From positions 1 through 64,000 of the IMG/VR virus record IMGVR_UViG_3300036820_000004: a stretch of DNA of 64,000 nucleotides; one strand, written 5' to 3'. The position numbers were made by a program, and so were the translations under genes. This document shows, in pieces, positions 48,375 to 57,349 of the stretch. Position 1 is the first letter of the stretch, and the number at the start of each line of letters is the position of its first letter. This DNA comes from a virus. The notes beneath the pieces are model-generated. The model did no database searches. It worked only from the letters and a program-made list of their open reading frames with translations, and was not told the DNA's origin.

Positions 48375-48533
48375 TCAGCGCGCTTCCGCTTGCCGGTGCT
48401 CACAGCATGTCCAGCAGATCAGCTCACCCGTGCCGGCCCACTGTGTGGCCGGTGGCTCGGTGCCGCACTGCTCGCACAGACCGCATGCGCGCCACTGGCT
48501 CCGGACCCACTCGGGTGGCTTGCTCTGCTTCAT
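48375..48533 (-). CDS. 52-aa Zn-finger protein, probably leaderless
   Basis: MKQSKPPEWVRSQWRACGLCEQCG...ICWTCCEH; ATG 7 nt after -10 box; below ORF-track cutoff. Confidence 0.5.
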   Translation of the reverse strand: MKQSKPPEWVRSQWRACGLCEQCGTEPPATQWAGTGELICWTCCEHRQAEAR

Positions 48534-48540
48534 AGCCATG

Positions 48541-48570
48541 AGTCTGCCAGACTCGTCTCTTACCTGTCAA
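48541..48570 (-). promoter_or_regulatory. leftward early promoter
   Basis: TTGACA-N18-CAGACT. Confidence 0.5.
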
Positions 48571-48821
48571 GGGATTGAGTGTTACTTCTGCACAGTCTAG
48601 CTCGCATACCTGCTATGTGCTGTTACAACCAGACAGAAGTAACACCTAGACCCGTCTCAGCACTGCTCAGCCATCACTGACCAGGCCACCACGCGATGAC
48701 ACGACACACACACCCGGGCACAACTGCCCGCGGCCGGTGCCACCACATCACCAGCACCCAAAGCACACAGCCAGCTCCGGCCCGCGGCACGCACACACAC
48801 CGCGGCACACGCCCCGCGTAC

Positions 48822-48848
48822 TCCTATCACCCGATCGGTAAGATAGGA
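48822..48848. other. candidate cos site
   Basis: TCCTATC-ACCCGATCGGTAA-GATAGGA, 80 nt upstream of terS, at a strand-composition switch. Confidence 0.55.
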
Positions 48849-48927
48849 AATAGACCACGACTACCGTCTTCGCGGATTCTGGTGTGGTCCCCTATCTGTG
48901 CCCGTTTTGCCCGGTTTGGGAGGTTCG

Positions 48928-49542
48928 GTGCCTGACGGTGGTCCGCGGAGGCCGCGTAACCGGACGAGGACGTCGAAGCAGGCGATCCGGTGCAAGGCTC
49001 ATATTGAGCACGGGCCGCGTAAGGGTGAGCCGTGCCCGTTCTGGGCGATGACGGGACAGCTGGTGTGCGGGCGGCACGGGGGGAAGTCGCCGCGGGCTTT
49101 GCTGGGGGCGAAGGTGACTTTGGGTGAGGACCGGGCGCTGAGGGAACTGGCGCGGCTTGATCTGGAGCCGGTGGGTAACGCGCTGGAGGCGTTGCAGGCG
49201 CATGCGGCGATCGTGATCGCGTGGCGGGACCGGTTCGCGGCGGTGGTGAATAAGCTCACTGAGGACAGTATCCGGTATGAGGGCAAGTTGCACGGGGAGA
49301 TGCTGCGCGCGGAGATCGTGGTGTTCGAGCGGGCGATGGACCGGTGCACGACGACTCTGGCGGCGCTGGCGCGGTGTCAGGTGGATGAGCGTTTGACGAC
49401 GATCCGGGAGAATGACGCGAAGATGATCGCGGCGGCGCTGGCTTTGGCGCTGAGCGAGGCTGAGATCCCGGAGGATGCGGCGGAGCTGGTGCGGATCGGG
49501 TTCGGGCGCCGGCTGCGCGCCATCCCGTCCAAGGTTGGCTAG
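48928..49542 (+). CDS. terS: terminase small subunit (HGGxS-type)
   Basis: GGAGGT RBS; RCKAH..GEPC...VCGRHGGKSP; upstream of terL. Confidence 0.7.
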   Translation: MPDGGPRRPRNRTRTSKQAIRCKAHIEHGPRKGEPCPFWAMTGQLVCGRHGGKSPRALLGAKVTLGEDRALRELARLDLEPVGNALEALQAHAAIVIAWRDRFAAVVNKLTEDSIRYEGKLHGEMLRAEIVVFERAMDRCTTTLAALARCQVDERLTTIRENDAKMIAAALALALSEAEIPEDAAELVRIGFGRRLRAIPSKVG

Positions 49543-49985
49543 CGGGCCTCGGGCTTGCTCGTGAGGTGCCAGTAGCCCCCGTTCTCGCACTGGTAGGTGC
49601 CCCGCAACGGCTTCCAGCCCGGATCTGCGGCCCGGCTCTGGTTGATCGCTCCCAGTTCCAGCAACGCCTCGGACTGCGTGGTGAAGCGCAGCATCTTGCG
49701 GTTGCAGAGTCGCTGACCCGGGCGCAAACGGTCCGCGCTGGCGTTGTTCTTGCAGCGGCGGCCGCAGAACCGCCTGGGCTTGGCCCGTTCGTCAGCGAGG
49801 TCGTCGCAGAAGATGCACCCGCATTGCGGGCACCTCACGGCGCCAGCCCGATGGCGGGCGGTTTCTCCGGGAACCGCCCGGCCCGGTGCCTCTTCAGGCG
49901 CCGCCGGTTGCTCACGGAGCCAGTATCCGCATCGCCGCCAGCCGGTTCCACGCCTGCACGTACACCCGGGTATAAGGCTCAGCAA
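49539..49985 (-). CDS. Zn-finger protein
   Basis: CPQCG, RFCGRRC, YQC..YWHLTS; start uncertain. Confidence 0.5.
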   Translation of the reverse strand: MLSLIPGCTCRRGTGWRRCGYWLREQPAAPEEAPGRAVPGETARHRAGAVRCPQCGCIFCDDLADERAKPRRFCGRRCKNNASADRLRPGQRLCNRKMLRFTTQSEALLELGAINQSRAADPGWKPLRGTYQCENGGYWHLTSKPEAR

Positions 49986-50139
49986 GAGCCAGCATCGGCC
50001 AGATGACCGCGGCGATGGCCAGCGCGCCGTCCCGGTCCTTCATCCGGTCCAGGATCGCTGCCGCCGCGACTGACGCGAGATAGGCGCCGGCGAGCAGGAC
50101 AAGGCCGTCAGCCGGGGTGATCTGCGGGTTCTCGGTCAC
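49912..50139 (-). CDS. small membrane protein
   Basis: GTGA coupling; two hydrophobic segments. Confidence 0.5.
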   Translation of the reverse strand: MTENPQITPADGLVLLAGAYLASVAAAAILDRMKDRDGALAIAAVIWPMLALAEPYTRVYVQAWNRLAAMRILAP

Positions 50140-50483
50140 TTTCCAGTCTCCTTGGTCGCGCAGTCCAGGCAGAGCGCCGTGCCGTCCTTGGTGGTTACCG
50201 CCGGGAGCATCCCGCCGCCGTGCACGGAACTGGTGACAACGCGGGCCGGGTGCCCGCATGTACCGGTGATGCACCGGAAGCACATCAGCGGGCCGGCGGG
50301 GGCAGGGCCGAACCGGGGCGTGGCCGGCGGCGTAGCCTCCGCCTTGTCCCAGCGGGCGTTGGCAGCATTGCGGGCAATACTGGCCCGCTCTTCCGCAGTT
50401 AGCGCCTTGGCGCGGGCTGCACCGCCTTTGCTGGCGCCCAGGCGGGAAAGCCGTCTCGCGGCCTCGCTGATCTCGTCACTCAC
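50136..50483 (-). CDS. small DNA-binding-like protein
   Basis: LGASKGGAARAKALTAEERASIARNAANARW plus CxxC pairs. Confidence 0.55.
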   Translation of the reverse strand: MSDEISEAARRLSRLGASKGGAARAKALTAEERASIARNAANARWDKAEATPPATPRFGPAPAGPLMCFRCITGTCGHPARVVTSSVHGGGMLPAVTTKDGTALCLDCATKETGK

Positions 50484-50526
50484 CGGGCAAGCATAACCCG
50501 GGCAAGCATGCACCGGGGGTGGTCTC

Positions 50527-53499
50527 GTGCCCAAGCGCGCCGCCGCCCCGCCCATCCCCGCGAACCCGGTCTACGGGATGATCGCGGACGAGGTAGCCGA
50601 GCAGGCCGACCTCGGCGCGAAGTTCCGCGACGAATGGCGGGCGCAGGCCCGGCCCGAGCAGATCCCCCCAGACGGCCGGTGGCGGACCTGGTACCTGGCA
50701 GGTGGCAGAGGTGGGGGTAAACTGCTATGCGTGGATACCCCCGTTCCCACCCCCGGCGGGTGGACGCCCATGGGCAAGCTCGCCATCGGCGACAAGGTCT
50801 TTGACGAGGCAGGGAAGGTCTGCCACGTCACCGGGATCGTTGACGACGTGCCGGAGAAGGCTTACCGGCTGACATTCTCCGACGGTGCCCAGATCGACGC
50901 CTGCGCTGATCACCAGTGGGTCACCTGGACGCATGCCGAGCGGAAGGCGTTCCTGCGCTCCCCCTACGAGGACACCTCGCGCATGCCAGACAACTGGCCG
51001 GCATGGCGGCTACGCCGGGTCAGGACTGCCGCGATCCTGACGCGCGAGCAGGTAGAACCCGCGCTGGAACTTTACGCCCAGGGTCTGTCGATCCGGCAGG
51101 TCGTGAAGCGGACGGGCCTGTCACGTATCGGGCTCACCCGCCACCTCCAGGCAGGCCGGTACCTGTCGCCAGAGCCGCAGGTCTACCCCGGCTCGCCGGG
51201 CCCGCAGATCCGCGTTACGCAGGAGATCGCTGACACCCTGACAACGGGCGAGCGCGGGGACACCAACCATGCCGTCCCGGTCTGCGGTGTTCTCGACCTC
51301 CCAGATGCCGCCCTGCCCGTTGACCCGTACGTCCTTGGTGCGTGGCTTGGTGACGGGACTGGGCGCGAGGGCATCATCACGATCGGCGATGAGGATGCCG
51401 GGGAAATGCTCGGCTACCTCGCAGCGGGTGGCGCACCGCTCAGCGGCCGGCCACGCCGCCGCGCTGAATCCAAGAGCGCCGCGTACCCGATAGGCGGTGC
51501 CCCGGCGGCCCGCGACGTCCGGACCGGCCGCATCACCGCGAACGGCAGCCTGCACTCGGCACTGGAAGCGCTCGGGGTGCGTGGCGTGAAGCATGTCCCT
51601 GCTGTCTACCTGCGGGCATCGCCGACACAGCGCCTGGCACTCCTCCAGGGCCTGATGGACACTGACGGCGGATGGTCCGGGTGCAACGTCGAGTTCACTT
51701 CCTGTACGAAGCCGCTGGCAGATGCCGTGGCAGAACTGGCTCGCAGCCTCGGCCAGAAGCCCGTTATCCGCGAAGGCCGCGCCACGCTGTACGGCAAGGA
51801 CTGCGGACCGCGGTGGCGGGTTCGCTGGACGCCTACCGTGAACTGCTTCCGGCTCCAGCGCAAGGCGGCAGGCGTCCGGGCGAGCGGCCCGCAGATGTTC
51901 CGCCACCATCACCGGATGATCGTCAGCGCCGAGCCCGTCGATCCCCGGCCGATGCGCTGCATCACCGTCGACTCGCCGAACCACATGTACCTGTGCGGCG
52001 ACGCCATGATCCCCACGCACAACTCCTGGACCGGGGCACACACCCTCGCCGAATGGATCCTCACCGACCCCGTCCCCGGCGAATGGGGCATCGTCGCCCC
52101 CATCTACGCCGACGCATGGAGTGTCTGCGTCGAAGGAGAGAGCGGCATCCTTGCCGCGTTCGGAACGAACGTTGAGGAAGTCAAGCGCGGCAAGTCGAAA
52201 CTGGTCGAGTACTGGCACAAGAGCTTCGCCGAGCTCAAGATGCGGTCCGGGCACATTATCCGCGTCGCCTCCGCCGAAGACGGCGGCCTGCGCATCCAGG
52301 GCAAGAACCTCAAAGGTGCCTGGTGCGATGAGATCGGCTTGTGGGACGCGTGGAAAACCACGTGGGATGAGTCGCTGAAGTACGCGGTCCGCAAGGGCCG
52401 GTCCCAGATCGTGGCGACCGGCACGCCGAAGAAGTCCCGCAAGGCCCGTGAGCTGATCCGGCGTCTCATCGCCGATCCGGCGGTGCGCAAGACGCGGGTG
52501 CGGACAATCGACAACCGGGCCAACCTGTCCGAGGAGTTCTTCGGCGAGGTCGTCAGTTCATCCAAGGGCACCCGCCTCGAACAGCAGGAACTCGAAGGCG
52601 TCCTCCTCGACGACGTCGAGGGCGCGCTGTGGACCGCGGACCTCATCGACTCCTACCGCACCGAACCCGGCAAGGTCCCGGACCTGCTGCGTGTCGTCGT
52701 CGCCGTCGACCCCGCCGTGTCCAACGACGAGGACTCCGACGAGACCGGCATCGTCGTCGTCGGCGAGGCTGAGGGCGGCCACGGGTTCGTCCTCGCGGAC
52801 TACTCCATGCGGGGCACCCCGGACGCGTGCATGCGCAAAGCCGTCTGGGCGTACCACCACCACCAGGCCGACAAGGTCATCGGCGAAGCGAACAACGGCG
52901 GCGACTACATCGGCTCGCTGCTCAAGACGGTTGACCCGGACGTCCCCTACGAGAAAGTCATCGCCAGCCGGGGCAAGCGGGTCCGCGCCGAGCCCGTCTC
53001 CGCGCTCTACGAGCAGGGCCGGGTCCACCACGTGGGCTGCCACACCATGCTCGAGGAGCAGATGATCTCCTGGGTGCCGTCCGACCCGGGTGACTCCCCC
53101 GACCGTGTAGATGCCCTGGTCTGGGCGTGTTCGGCACTTAGAAGCCTTTCGTCCGGTTCGTGGCTGGAAGCGTACGGCGTGAAGCGCTGCGGCGACTGCG
53201 GCAAAACGTTCCCCGAGCGGGAGGGCGAGTGCCCGTCCTGCCACCCGAAAGCACCCGACGCTGGCAAGCCGGCGGCGAAGACGACAACCCCGGCCGAGCC
53301 TGCGGCGATCGGCGGGTGGGCTTCAGCGTACGGGGACTTCGTCCGCTGCCCCGCCTGCTCCCGCCCCTACGACAAACGCCGCCACGGCAAATGCCCGGCC
53401 TGTCACGGCGGGCTGATGCGGATGCTGCAGCAGAACGGCCGGCCCGCAGGAATGCCCGGCGGGATGCCCGCTGGCGGGATGACGGGAGGATTCAGGTGA
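50527..53499 (+). CDS. terL: terminase large subunit, intein-containing
   Basis: Walker A GGRGGGK/S split by intein; AWCDEIG; VVAVDPA, DETGIVV, EANNGG, SPDRVDAL nuclease. Confidence 0.95.
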   Translation: MPKRAAAPPIPANPVYGMIADEVAEQADLGAKFRDEWRAQARPEQIPPDGRWRTWYLAGGRGGGKLLCVDTPVPTPGGWTPMGKLAIGDKVFDEAGKVCHVTGIVDDVPEKAYRLTFSDGAQIDACADHQWVTWTHAERKAFLRSPYEDTSRMPDNWPAWRLRRVRTAAILTREQVEPALELYAQGLSIRQVVKRTGLSRIGLTRHLQAGRYLSPEPQVYPGSPGPQIRVTQEIADTLTTGERGDTNHAVPVCGVLDLPDAALPVDPYVLGAWLGDGTGREGIITIGDEDAGEMLGYLAAGGAPLSGRPRRRAESKSAAYPIGGAPAARDVRTGRITANGSLHSALEALGVRGVKHVPAVYLRASPTQRLALLQGLMDTDGGWSGCNVEFTSCTKPLADAVAELARSLGQKPVIREGRATLYGKDCGPRWRVRWTPTVNCFRLQRKAAGVRASGPQMFRHHHRMIVSAEPVDPRPMRCITVDSPNHMYLCGDAMIPTHNSWTGAHTLAEWILTDPVPGEWGIVAPIYADAWSVCVEGESGILAAFGTNVEEVKRGKSKLVEYWHKSFAELKMRSGHIIRVASAEDGGLRIQGKNLKGAWCDEIGLWDAWKTTWDESLKYAVRKGRSQIVATGTPKKSRKARELIRRLIADPAVRKTRVRTIDNRANLSEEFFGEVVSSSKGTRLEQQELEGVLLDDVEGALWTADLIDSYRTEPGKVPDLLRVVVAVDPAVSNDEDSDETGIVVVGEAEGGHGFVLADYSMRGTPDACMRKAVWAYHHHQADKVIGEANNGGDYIGSLLKTVDPDVPYEKVIASRGKRVRAEPVSALYEQGRVHHVGCHTMLEEQMISWVPSDPGDSPDRVDALVWACSALRSLSSGSWLEAYGVKRCGDCGKTFPEREGECPSCHPKAPDAGKPAAKTTTPAEPAAIGGWASAYGDFVRCPACSRPYDKRRHGKCPACHGGLMRMLQQNGRPAGMPGGMPAGGMTGGFR
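50722..52023 (+). mobile_element. class 3 intein with LAGLIDADG endonuclease
   Basis: LLCVDTPVPTP...ADHQW...MRCITVD...IPTHN/S; YVLGAWLGDG and LLQGLMDTDG. Confidence 0.9.
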
Positions 53500-53717
53500 A
53501 CGTTCGCGCCGTGATCGCAGGCAACTACGCCGAATACCTGGACTGGTGCCACGAGCACGGCATCAACCCGCGCGGCCGGGATGTCTTCTACGCCACCCCG
53601 GAGTCTCTTCGCGGGCGAAGGAACCTGACCGTCGTCCGCACTGGCACGTACGCACAGCGCGATGACCTCGCCGAGATCGGGCAAATCCTCCGCTACACCG
53701 CGCTCGTCTCTGGCTGA
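53496..53717 (+). CDS. hypothetical protein
   Basis: GTGA coupling to terL. Confidence 0.55.
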   Translation: MNVRAVIAGNYAEYLDWCHEHGINPRGRDVFYATPESLRGRRNLTVVRTGTYAQRDDLAEIGQILRYTALVSG

Positions 53718-53762
53718 CCAGCACGTTCACCACCCATCTCGCCACCAGGAGCTGTGTGACCC

Positions 53763-54182
53763 ATGTCCAAGAACAAGAAGAACGACGACTTCGCCGACTG
53801 GCAGGTCCACTTCCAGCCTTCGGGCGGGACCACCTGGCACTCGCCCGTCATCCGCGCCTCAGCCGTCAGTGCCCGCGACGGCTGGCTGTGGCTGGAAGAC
53901 GCCTCTGGCGCCTCCCTGTTCGCTGCCCCGCACGCCGCTGTCCTGTACGTGAAACGGCTGGAGCCGGGCACCGACCGGCCGGTCGTGGCACCGCATGAGC
54001 TTGCGCTCCCGGCCCCGTTCTGGCCAGTCAATCTCGTCGAGCCCGACCTGCCGCAGCCCGACCCGGTACCGGCCGGTGCCGCTGACGAGAAGGCGGCCGA
54101 GGATCCCGGTCCGATCGAGACGGGCCCGGCAGCCAGGAAGGCAGATACCCCGCGCCCGCGCAGCAGCAGGCGCGGCAAATGA
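53763..54182 (+). CDS. hypothetical protein
   Basis: AGGAG RBS; coupled. Confidence 0.6.
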   Translation: MSKNKKNDDFADWQVHFQPSGGTTWHSPVIRASAVSARDGWLWLEDASGASLFAAPHAAVLYVKRLEPGTDRPVVAPHELALPAPFWPVNLVEPDLPQPDPVPAGAADEKAAEDPGPIETGPAARKADTPRPRSSRRGK

Positions 54183-54577
54183 CCGGCGAGCGCAGCCTGG
54201 AGGAGCGTGTCGCCGCGCTGGAGGAACTGGCCGCGCACCCGCTGCGGTCAGTCACGATGCCTGAGTTCACGGGGGAAGACGCGGAAAAGTTCCGGCACGA
54301 CATTGAAGCCGCCGGGCTCGCGGCACACGAGTACACGATCCTTCCGCCCGGCCCGCGCCTCACCGAGGACGAGGTCCGTCACCTCCTCCGCGAGTGCGTC
54401 ACCGTGGTCAAGCCGGGCGAACTGCTGGTGATCCGGGTGGCGGATTTCACGCCGCAGCAACTCCGCGAGTACAACGACCTGGTCTCCTGCTGGCTGGACG
54501 GGTATGCGCCCGGTGTCCGGTGCCTGATTACCCTCGGCGAGGAACTGGGCGTGGCAGAGGCGGCCGCCGGTGCCTGA
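54179..54577 (+). CDS. hypothetical protein
   Basis: ATGA coupling. Confidence 0.6.
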   Translation: MTGERSLEERVAALEELAAHPLRSVTMPEFTGEDAEKFRHDIEAAGLAAHEYTILPPGPRLTEDEVRHLLRECVTVVKPGELLVIRVADFTPQQLREYNDLVSCWLDGYAPGVRCLITLGEELGVAEAAAGA

Positions 54578-54986
54578 CCGTCCGGAGCACTTCGAGGGCA
54601 CCGTCACCGTCGAGTGGACACCGGACGGCCCGTCGCCGATGCGCGGCTGGCGGTTCATGATCAGCGCCGAGGACGGGACGCCCATCACCACGGTCACCGG
54701 ACTAACCATCCACGCCAGCGCCGGCAACCTTGTCTGGGCCGAGCTGACTATGTTCACCGATGAGGATGGCCGGCCGGTCTGCAGTGCCGCGGTCATCTTG
54801 CCGAATGAGCCGCCGCGGGCCACGTTCGCGTTCGAGGTTGCGGGCATGGGTGTAGCGGACACCGGGCTATTCGGTCCCCTCTCACCGATCCCGCCCGTCC
54901 CGCTGGATGGGCCGCCGGGTTCGCCGCGTCCGGAACCCCGGCGATTTCAGTACCCGGTCGGCTACGGGGCAGGCGGCCATGAGTGA
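54570..54986 (+). CDS. hypothetical protein ending in portal-like peptide
   Basis: C-terminus similar to portal N-terminal segment (see findings). Confidence 0.6.
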   Translation: MPDRPEHFEGTVTVEWTPDGPSPMRGWRFMISAEDGTPITTVTGLTIHASAGNLVWAELTMFTDEDGRPVCSAAVILPNEPPRATFAFEVAGMGVADTGLFGPLSPIPPVPLDGPPGSPRPEPRRFQYPVGYGAGGHE

Positions 54987-55236
54987 GCCCCTGACCAACC
55001 ATGTCGAGATAGCCGGCGACCCGTCCTCCGGTGCCCTGCGCATCGACGGCCACCTGCTCCCCTTCTCGGCGGCGGTCTTGAAGATGGAAGCCCCCCGCGT
55101 CCCGGTCCTGTCCGTCGCCCTGCCCTGCATTGGCGGGGTGGTCGTGACCCTGGAAGCGGAAACAGAGTTCCAGGAGACCACCCGGGCCGCGCTGATCGCC
55201 ATGGGGTGGACGCCGCCACCGGAGCCTGAGACGTGA
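54979..55236 (+). CDS. hypothetical protein
   Basis: Overlapping start/stop. Confidence 0.55.
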   Translation: MSEPLTNHVEIAGDPSSGALRIDGHLLPFSAAVLKMEAPRVPVLSVALPCIGGVVVTLEAETEFQETTRAALIAMGWTPPPEPET

Positions 55237-55649
55237 GCTACCCCGACAATATGGCCGGCCGGCACGCCGCCCCGCTGATGATCCAGGCCGCCCGCGGCAG
55301 GCTCGAACGCTCCGGCGGCCAGCCGCCCGCGCCGCGCCACAAGAAGGCCATGACCGCTGAAGCCCGCGCCGAGGCAGCGGCGATCCTGCGCGCCGGCGGC
55401 GGGTGTTTCCTGTGCGGCGGCCTGCACGCAGGCACTGAACTGGCCTGCCCCCGGCTGGCCACGTTCACCCTCGGCGGCGACGGCGTCCCGGTTGAACTGC
55501 GCGCCCAGATGCCAGACGGCCAGGTCAGCACGCGGACCGTTTTCATCGCCGAGGCCACGTTCTGGCCCAACGGCTCCTGGGAAGACCCCGAGCGGGTGAT
55601 CCTCGCCGAGGACGCGGAGGAAACCGATGACCCCGCCCTCCCAGGCTGA
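55233..55649 (+). CDS. hypothetical protein
   Basis: CFLCGGLH..ACPR; coupled. Confidence 0.55.
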   Translation: MSYPDNMAGRHAAPLMIQAARGRLERSGGQPPAPRHKKAMTAEARAEAAAILRAGGGCFLCGGLHAGTELACPRLATFTLGGDGVPVELRAQMPDGQVSTRTVFIAEATFWPNGSWEDPERVILAEDAEETDDPALPG

Positions 55650-55890
55650 CGGAATCCGCAGGCTCGCGTCCCTCGCGGGCGAGGCACCGGACCTGTCGCG
55701 TGACCACGACGTGCTCGCTGTCGCCATGATCGTCGCCGCGAAAGCACGCGGGATGACGTGGGCGCAGATCGGTTCCGCGCTCCTCGGCCGCCCCGATCCC
55801 CGGCTCGCGAAGAAGCACGCCCGGATGCTGGCCCGGGCCGCGAACCGGAAAGCCGCCGCGTCGATCAGCCTGGAGGGACTCGATGCCTGA
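55627..55890 (+). CDS. small HTH-like protein
   Basis: AKARGMTWAQIGSAL; GGAGG RBS. Confidence 0.6.
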   Translation: MTPPSQADGIRRLASLAGEAPDLSRDHDVLAVAMIVAAKARGMTWAQIGSALLGRPDPRLAKKHARMLARAANRKAAASISLEGLDA

Positions 55891-56182
55891 CCGCCTCGTT
55901 ATCACGTGTCCTGAGCATGGCTGCCCGCTCGTCCCCTCCCTTGCCGACCCGGTCATGCTCTACTGCCCGCAAGACGCCGCCTGCGACACCTCTGTCCGCA
56001 TCTTCGCGTCAGATGCCCCGCTGTTCCCCTCCTCGCCCATGACCGAGCTTGAGCAGGGCGGTGCTCAGCAGCACGAGTTCGTGCTCTCCCGTGTCGCTGC
56101 GGGGTTCTCGCGAACGGAGGCCATGCAGATCCTCTGCTGCATCGTCTCGGCCGGGATCATGAAGGGATCCGGTGATGGCTGA
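55883..56182 (+). CDS. hypothetical protein
   Basis: GGAGG RBS; AAGFSRTEAMQIL motif. Confidence 0.55.
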   Translation: MPDRLVITCPEHGCPLVPSLADPVMLYCPQDAACDTSVRIFASDAPLFPSSPMTELEQGGAQQHEFVLSRVAAGFSRTEAMQILCCIVSAGIMKGSGDG

Positions 56183-56372
56183 CCCGCCAGGCACGTTCCG
56201 CCGCATCGACGACCCGCAAGCCGAGGTAGAACGGCTCGCCCGCGAGCGGCAGATAGCAGCGGGCCAGGTCTGCGCCGAAGTGGTCCGCCGTGACGGCTGC
56301 CCGATGCGCCGCCTGCCGCCGCGCAGCCGCGCCCACGACCCTGACCACTGCGACCGCGCATGGGGGGGCTGA
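56172..56372 (+). CDS. hypothetical protein
   Basis: Overlap-coupled. Confidence 0.4.
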   Translation: MMADPPGTFRRIDDPQAEVERLARERQIAAGQVCAEVVRRDGCPMRRLPPRSRAHDPDHCDRAWGG

Positions 56373-56374
56373 CC

Positions 56375-56971
56375 ATGGCTGACGACGACGCCTACCTGGC
56401 CGCTGACGCGCAGGACCGCCGCGCTGCCCTCGCTGCCGCTGTTGACCTGGCCTCCCGCCGCGGCGACATCGGCTTCCACCACGACGCCGACCCCCACTGG
56501 CTTCACCTCGCGGACTCGGCCTACCGCTGGCTCCGCAACCGCGACACCCTGCACGTCGTCTCCGTGGCGATCACGCCCGGAACCCCTTTCAAGGAAGGAA
56601 CTACCGCCATGACCGCCACCTTCACCCTCGACGACACCGATGAGGTCGTCTTCTCCCTGACCGGCCAGGACGCCAAGGGCGCCGCGGTGCCGCTGCCCGA
56701 CGGTTTCACCGCCGCCTGGACGCTGGCCGACCCGGACTCGACGGGTGCCGTCCTCACCGCGTCCGCGGACACCACGACCGCGACCCTGGCCGCCGGGGTG
56801 CCGGACTCGAACCTGATGGTGTCGGTCGTCGTGACCATCACCAACCCGGACGGGTCGGCCACGACCCTGAACGGCGCCGAGGCCGTCATCGTCCAGGCCA
56901 CCGCCGCGACCACGGTGGGCCTGGTCGCCGGCACGCCGTCCGCTGAGCCCCCGGCCGCGCCCTCAGCCTGA
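56375..56971 (+). CDS. protein with beta-rich Ig-like C-terminal part; possible internal start at 56609
   Basis: AAGGAAGGAA RBS before in-frame MTATFTLDD. Confidence 0.6.
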   Translation: MADDDAYLAADAQDRRAALAAAVDLASRRGDIGFHHDADPHWLHLADSAYRWLRNRDTLHVVSVAITPGTPFKEGTTAMTATFTLDDTDEVVFSLTGQDAKGAAVPLPDGFTAAWTLADPDSTGAVLTASADTTTATLAAGVPDSNLMVSVVVTITNPDGSATTLNGAEAVIVQATAATTVGLVAGTPSAEPPAAPSA

Positions 56972-57043
56972 CAGCGCGGGGCCGCGCCGGGCTGGTGCGG
57001 GGAGACCGGCGCGGCCCCGTCAGGTCAGGCATGATGGGACAGC

Positions 57044-57349
57044 ATGAGCGAGGAAGACGAGATGGCCGATGTCGTACAGGCGCAGGTTCTCCGGGCGTTC
57101 GGGTTGAAGCCCTGGGATGCTGGCCTGGCAGCTGTCCCGCTGCGCATCCGGATCTGGCGTGCGGTCACCCGCGCCTACCAGCGCGGCAAGGCCATCGACT
57201 GGCGCTCATACAACGCGGCCGACGCTGCGGCCCGCGCTGCCATCGAGGCTTATAAGGCCGCGCTTCCCGGCCGCGCGCAGGAGATCGCGGACGAGCTCAG
57301 CGAGGACCTGCCGCCGGGGATGCGGTTCGAGTGGGTGCCCAATGACTGA
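57044..57349 (+). CDS. hypothetical protein
   Basis: High-GC3 frame; overlaps next start. Confidence 0.55.
   Translation: MSEEDEMADVVQAQVLRAFGLKPWDAGLAAVPLRIRIWRAVTRAYQRGKAIDWRSYNAADAAARAAIEAYKAALPGRAQEIADELSEDLPPGMRFEWVPND

Noticed and set aside
51121-52254. 377-aa antisense ORF inside the TerL intein
   Set aside because: Checked as a parallel to the MuF intein; no motifs, and the sense frame already has LAGLIDADG
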